From NCBI GenBank assembly GCA_963845755.1, contig CAWJTV010000024.1:96001-160000 (forward strand): a DNA stretch of 64,000 bases, given 5' to 3'. Both the position numbers and the translations under genes were made by a program. The DNA is from an uncultured Planctomycetota bacterium. GTDB lineage: Bacteria > Planctomycetota > Planctomycetia > Isosphaerales > Isosphaeraceae. Shown here one piece after another: positions 58,701 to 64,000 of this stretch (its first letter is position 1; the number at the start of each line of letters is the position of its first letter). The notes under the pieces are model-generated. The model searched no databases. It was not told where the DNA came from and saw nothing but the letters and a program-made list of their open reading frames with translations.

Positions 58701-61700
58701 TCGCGGCGTCGCCGCACCAGGTGGTGGTCAACGCCGAGGACCAGTTCGGCAGCATCGCCACCTCGTATAACGGCCCGGTGACGCTGGCGCTGGCGAACAA
58801 TGCCACCGGGACGTTCGTCGGCACCCTGACGGTCAATGCGGTCCACGGGGTGGCGACGTTCAGCAACCTGGCGATCGACACGACCGGGACGTATCAGCTC
58901 CAGGCGACGAGCGCCAGCCTGACGCCGAGCACCTCGACGTCGATCGCGATCACGGCCGCGGCGCCGGCGCAACTGGCCTGGACGACGGAGCCGCCGAGCC
59001 AGGCCACGGAGCTGGTGCCGCTCGGCGCGACGCTCGATGTCGAGGACCAGTACGGCAACCTGGAGACGGGCTACACCCAGAACGTGTCGGTGTCGCTGGA
59101 CCTCAACGGCCACGCCGCCAATGGCGAGCTGGGCGGGACGACGACGGTGGCGGCCACCGGCGGGGTGGCGACGTTCACCAATATCATCATCGATACGATC
59201 GGCAACCCGTACACGCTGATCGCCACCACCGGTGTCGCTCCGAGCACGGTCATCATGTTCAACCTCGAGTGCGATCAACGTGGTGGCGCCGCAACTGGTG
59301 GTGACGACCGAGCCGCCGTCGTCGGTGACGGCCGGCAGCGGGTTCGGCCTGACGGTGACCGCGGAGACGTACCAGGGGACGACGGACACCTACGCGACTG
59401 GCAGCGTGGTGCTGTCGGTCAATTCGGGGCCGTCGGGCGGGGCGATCACGGGGACGAGCTCGGCGCCGTTCTCCAACGGGGTGGCGACGTTCAGCGGGGT
59501 GACGCTGGACAAGGTCGGCACCTACGTCCTGGAGGCCTCGAGCGGCAATGCGGTAACGGGCCTGACCAACAGCATCACGGTGGTTGCCGGTACGACGGCC
59601 GCGCAACTGTACGTGGTGTCGCAGCCGCCGACCAGCGTGCAGGCGGGAGCGACGTTCAGCTTGGTGGTGGGCGCCGAGGACCAGTACGGCAACCCGACGC
59701 CGCTGACGGGGAGCGTGGCGGTGGCGATTGCGGCCAATCCGGGCGGTTCGACGCTGGGCGGTACGACGCCGGTGACGGCCAGCGGCGGCGTGGCGACGTT
59801 CAGCGATCTGACGCTGAACAAGGTCGGCAATGGTTACACGCTGCAAGCGACGGCCGGTGCGTTGAGCGTGACCAGCCGTGGGATCGACGTGACGCCGGGT
59901 GCGGCCAAGCAGTTGGTGTTCTCGGCGACGGGCGAGCCGGTGTCGACGGCGGCGGCGGGTCAGGACTTCGCGGCGTCCCCGCACACGGTGGTGGTCGACG
60001 CCGAGGATGCGCTGGGCAACGTGGTGACGTCGTATAGCGGCCCGGTGACGATCGGCCTGGCGAACGGGGCGACGGGCACGTTCGACGCCAGCAGCGTGCT
60101 GACGGTGAATGCGGTCAATGGCGTGGCGACGTTCTCGAAGCTGGCGCTCGACACGGCCGGGACGTACGAGCTGTCGGCGACGAACCCGAGCGTGCTGACG
60201 AGTGGCACCTCGACGTCGATCACGATCACGTCTGCGGCCCAGGCGAAGCAACTGGTCTGGGTGGTCGAGCCGCCGAGCAAGGCCGCCGACCTGGTCCCGC
60301 TGAGCGTCACGCTGGCCGTCGAGGACCAGTACGGCAACCCGATCACGGGCTACGACCAGGATGTCACGATGGCCCTGGACCTCAACGGCAATCCCGACAA
60401 TGGCAAACTGAGCGGGACGACGACGGTCGCGGCATCCAACGGCGTGGCGAACTTCACCAACATCATCATCGATACCATGGGGAATCCGTTCACGCTGATC
60501 GCCAGCAGCGGCGGCTTCACGTCGGCACCGTCCAGCGCGATCGACGTGGTGGCACCGCAGTTGGTGTGGTCCACCGAGCCGCCGAGCCAGGTGGCGCACG
60601 GGTTCCCGTTCGGCGCGACGGTCGAGCTTCTGGACCCGTTCGGCAACCTGGAGACGTCCTATAACGGGAGCGTGACGGTGGCCCTGGATAACAAAGTGGG
60701 CAGTGGCACGCTGGGTGGGACGACCACGATCACGGCCAGCGGGGGCGTGGCAAACTTCACGGGCCTGACGATCAACGCCATCGGCAACGGTTACACGTTA
60801 CAGGCCAGCAGCGACGGCGTGAGCACGCCGGCGTCGATCGGGATCGACGTGACGCCGATCCCGGCGGCGTCGCTGGAGGTGACGACGCAGCCGCAGTCGT
60901 CGGTGCCGGTGAATCAGGGTTTCAGCCTGAAGGTGACGGCGCTGGACGTGAACGGGGATGCGGACCCGGACTTCCACGGTAATGTGAGCGTGGCGATCAC
61001 CGGCAGCCCGGGGAGTCCGATCCTGGCTGGTACGACGACGGTGACGGCCAGCGGCGGAGTGGCAAGCTTCTCGGGTCTGACGCTGGACACGGTGGGGAAC
61101 TATACGCTGGACGTCACGAGCACGGGCCTGAGCCCGGTGACGACAGGAACGATCGGCGTGACGGCCGGCGCGGCGTCGAAGTTGGTGGCGATGACGGAGC
61201 CGCCGAGCAGCGAGACGGCCGGCGGCGTGTTCAGCTTCAAGGTGGAGGCGGAGGACTCGTACGGGAACCTGGCGACGGGGTTCAACGGGACGGTGTCGGC
61301 GGTGCTGTCGGCCAACCCGGGGCACGCGACGCTGGGCGGCGGTACGGTGACGGCGACGGCCAGCGGGGGAATGGCGACCTTTACGGGTCTGGCGGTGGAC
61401 AAGGCGGGCAGCGGGTACACGATCGGTGTGTCCAGCGGCACGCTGACGGGCCTGACGAGCAGCGCGTTCGCCGTGACGGCGGGCCCGCTGTCGGAGCTGG
61501 TGATCGCGAGCCAGCCGTCGGGTTCGGTGACGGCGGGCACGCCGTTTGGCCTGACGGTGGATGGAGCGGATGCGTTCGGGAACGCGGTGCCGAGCTTCAA
61601 CGGAGCGATCACGCTGTCGCTGTCGAACGACCCTGCGGTGGGCCCGCTGGCGGGCTCCAGCGCGCTGAACGGGACCCTGAGCGGGACGGCGAGCAACGGG

Positions 61701-63275
61701 GTGGCGACGTTCCCGGGTCTGTCGCTGGACGTGGCGGCGTCGGGCTACACGATCGCGGCGACGACGTCGGGATTGAATCCGGGTGGGACGACACCGATCG
61801 ACGTGGTGGCGGGGACGGCGACGCAATTGGTGTTGACGGTGGCGGCGCCGACGGTGATGACGGCGGGAGCGGACTTCGGCCTGGCGATCTCGGCGGAGGA
61901 CGGCTACGGGAACGTGTTGACGGGATTCACGGGGACGATCACGCTGTCGCTGTCGAACAACCCGGGGGATGCGACGCTCCGCGGGGGCGCGCTGTCGAAG
62001 CCGGCGGTGGGCGGGGTGGTGAATTTCGGCCCGGCGTTGACGCTGGACGAGGCGTCGTCGGGTTATACGTTGCAGGCGACCAGCGGCGTCCTGACGAGCG
62101 TGACGACGGGCGGGATCACGGTGGTGCCGGGAGTGGCGACGCACCTGGTGGTGGAGGCGGAGCCGCCGTCGTCGGTGACGTCGGGTCAGGGATTCGGGCT
62201 GGTGGTGGCGGCGACGGACCCGTTCGGCAACGTGAATCCGAACTACGCGGGAACGGTGGTGGTGACGGCGCCGTCGGGTACGGGTGCGAGCGTGGGGGGC
62301 AAGACGACGGTGACGACCGTCGGTGGCGTGGCGAGGTTCGCGGGCCTGACGCTGAGCGGGGCGAGCGAGCCGGTGTCGTTGCAGGTCACCAGCACGGGCG
62401 TGGCGGGGACGACGACGACGGCGGTGGGCCTGGCGGGAGCATCGCAGTTGGCGTTCGCCAGCGGCGGAGTGAGCGTGGATGAGACGTCGGGTACGGCGAC
62501 GTTGCAGGTGTTGCGGACCGGCGACCTGTCGGAGCCGGTGACGGTGGAGGTGTTGACGTCCGGGGGTACGGCGGTGGCGGGAGTGAATTACACGTCGGTG
62601 AACCAGGAGTTGACGTTCGCGGCGGGCCAGGCGTCGCAGACGATCGCGGTGCCGGTGAAGGACGCGGGAGTGCTGTCGCAGCCGTTGACGGTGAACGTGG
62701 TGTTGAGCAGCCCTGGGGGGAGCGGAGCGTCGCTGGGGAGTCCGTCATCATCGACGCTGACGATCCTCAACGCCGGGCAGACATCGACGCCGACATCGAC
62801 GCCGCTGGTAACGCTGGAGGGCGTGGAGATCGTCAAGAAGAAGGGGAAGGTGAAGGAGGTCGTGCTGGGGTTCAGCGGAGGCCTGAACGGATCCGAGGTG
62901 ACGAGCATCGGCGAGTACGAGCTGCTGGTGGCGGGGAAGCATGGGTCGTTCACGGCGAAGAACGCGAAGGTCCTGAAGCTGAAGTCGGCGGTGTACAACG
63001 GAACGACCCATACGGTGTCGCTGACGCCGAAGAAGGGATTCGTGCTGAAAAAGCCTGTGGAACTGATCGTCAATGGCGAGGGGCCGTCGGGTCTGGAGGA
63101 CAGTTCGGGTCGGCTGATCGACGGCAACGACGACGGTCAGGCGGGGGGCAACGCGGTGGCGGTCCTGACGCGTCAGGGAGCGAGGATCAGTGCCTTGACC
63201 GCGCGGATGGCGGCGGTGGATGCGATCCTCGCACAGGGTGAGCGGGTGGCCGTCACCAAAGTTCAGCGAATCTGA
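55793..63275 (+). CDS. Giant (~2490 aa) secreted protein: LEPR-XLL leader, Vgb-like beta-propellers, many Ig-like repeats, Calx-beta (frameshift ~59250)
   Basis: FDPLECRRLL; GPDGN.WFTE repeats; ED.YGN..G..T..A.GGVATF..L.....G.GYTL repeats; GGTAVAGVNY..LTFAAG. Confidence 0.88.
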
Positions 63276-63421
63276 TCGCGATAATTCCCTTCCTCTTCGT
63301 AGGGGAAGGTGGCCCTTGGAAAGAAAGGCTGAAGGAGGAAGGCTGAGTCATAACCGGGACGGCCTTGATTTAGCCTTCAGCCTTCCAGTCTTCCCCCAGA
63401 TTCCAGGAATTCCTTCGTTTC

Positions 63422-64000
63422 GCGCGCCCCGTTCGCTGGACGAACGGCGCCTTCATGGGGTAGGGGGCACTGCAATCTGACGAAGGTTGTCCCGCGTGTG
63501 AGCGTACAGAATTCCGACCGGTGTCTTGGTAGGGGTCTGTGACCAGGTTCTTTCTCATTACCGGCACACTCAAGCTGGACCGAATGGAACGACCATGAAC
63601 GGCATTCTTTCATCTCGGGATCGTCGGTTGTCGGAGGTTCCGCGTGACTTCCAGGGATCGCGGCGGAGACGAGCGAGCGGCCATCGGCGTCAACGACTGG
63701 ACTTCGATCCGCTGGAATGCCGGCGGCTGCTGAGCCTCACCAATCCCGTCGCCGAGTTCCCGCTCCGGACGTCTGGAGGCACTCCCCTCGGAGGCGCGGT
63801 AGACGGTAGTGGGAACATCTGGGTCCTGCTTTCGAACCAGAACATCGTGGAAGACAACGGTAGCGGAGGTACCGTCGCCCAGTACCATATCCCGACATAC
63901 AACTCGCTCCAGGGTACTCCGACCGGCAGCGAGCTGGGCCTGATCACCTACGACGCGGTCAACGGCAACCTCTGGTTCTACGAATCGAACAGCAACCAGT
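63422..64000 (+). repeat. Near-identical duplicate of 55621-~56190 (upstream region plus gene start)
   Basis: Direct sequence comparison of the two segments. Confidence 0.95.
63595..64000 (+). CDS. Paralog of the 55793 giant protein, truncated by the window end
   Basis: MNGILSSRDRRLSEV..FDPLECRRLLS.. is open to the window end. Confidence 0.88.
   Translation, partial: MNGILSSRDRRLSEVPRDFQGSRRRRASGHRRQRLDFDPLECRRLLSLTNPVAEFPLRTSGGTPLGGAVDGSGNIWVLLSNQNIVEDNGSGGTVAQYHIPTYNSLQGTPTGSELGLITYDAVNGNLWFYESNSNQ

Noticed and set aside
1..64000. Mass pseudogenisation suggested by ~15 frameshifts
   Set aside because: Isolated single-base indels in otherwise well-conserved genes, including parA, fit long-read consensus error better; this cannot be settled without reads.

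Overview
GC-rich window with planctomycete hallmarks (LEPR-XLL-type giant secreted proteins, a prepilin-type remnant, Uma2). It looks like part of a large plasmid or secondary replicon of an Isosphaeraceae-like organism; this is inferred. Roughly 15 genes carry single-base frameshifts, which points to an unpolished long-read assembly. Layout: (1) 1-22.9 kb, surface-polysaccharide cluster (Wzm/Wzt, Wzy/ligase-TPR, glycosyltransferases, RfbC/RfbF, sulfotransferase, methyltransferase, priming transferase, FHA and giant TPR genes). (2) 23.0-25.4 kb, iteron origin plus replication initiator. (3) 26.1-34.1 kb, nested mobile elements. (4) 34.4-43.3 kb, IS1182-disrupted S41 peptidase, GntR, decayed group II intron, Uma2, and a ParA/RHH partition locus with 8-bp periodic DNA. 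(5) 43.9-64 kb, tandem giant surface-protein genes. Top finding: removing two secondary IS from 26211-33995 leaves a ~1.93 kb element that encodes only two DUF1670 proteins and no recognisable transposase. It has 16-bp sub-terminal inverted repeats, is flanked by a duplicated CT core, and splits a REP-like palindrome. Its long right end looks like a structured ncRNA gene with short matches to both the target and the element's own ends. This is an IS1111/bridge-RNA-like architecture with a different protein family, so it is a candidate undescribed RNA-guided mobile element.
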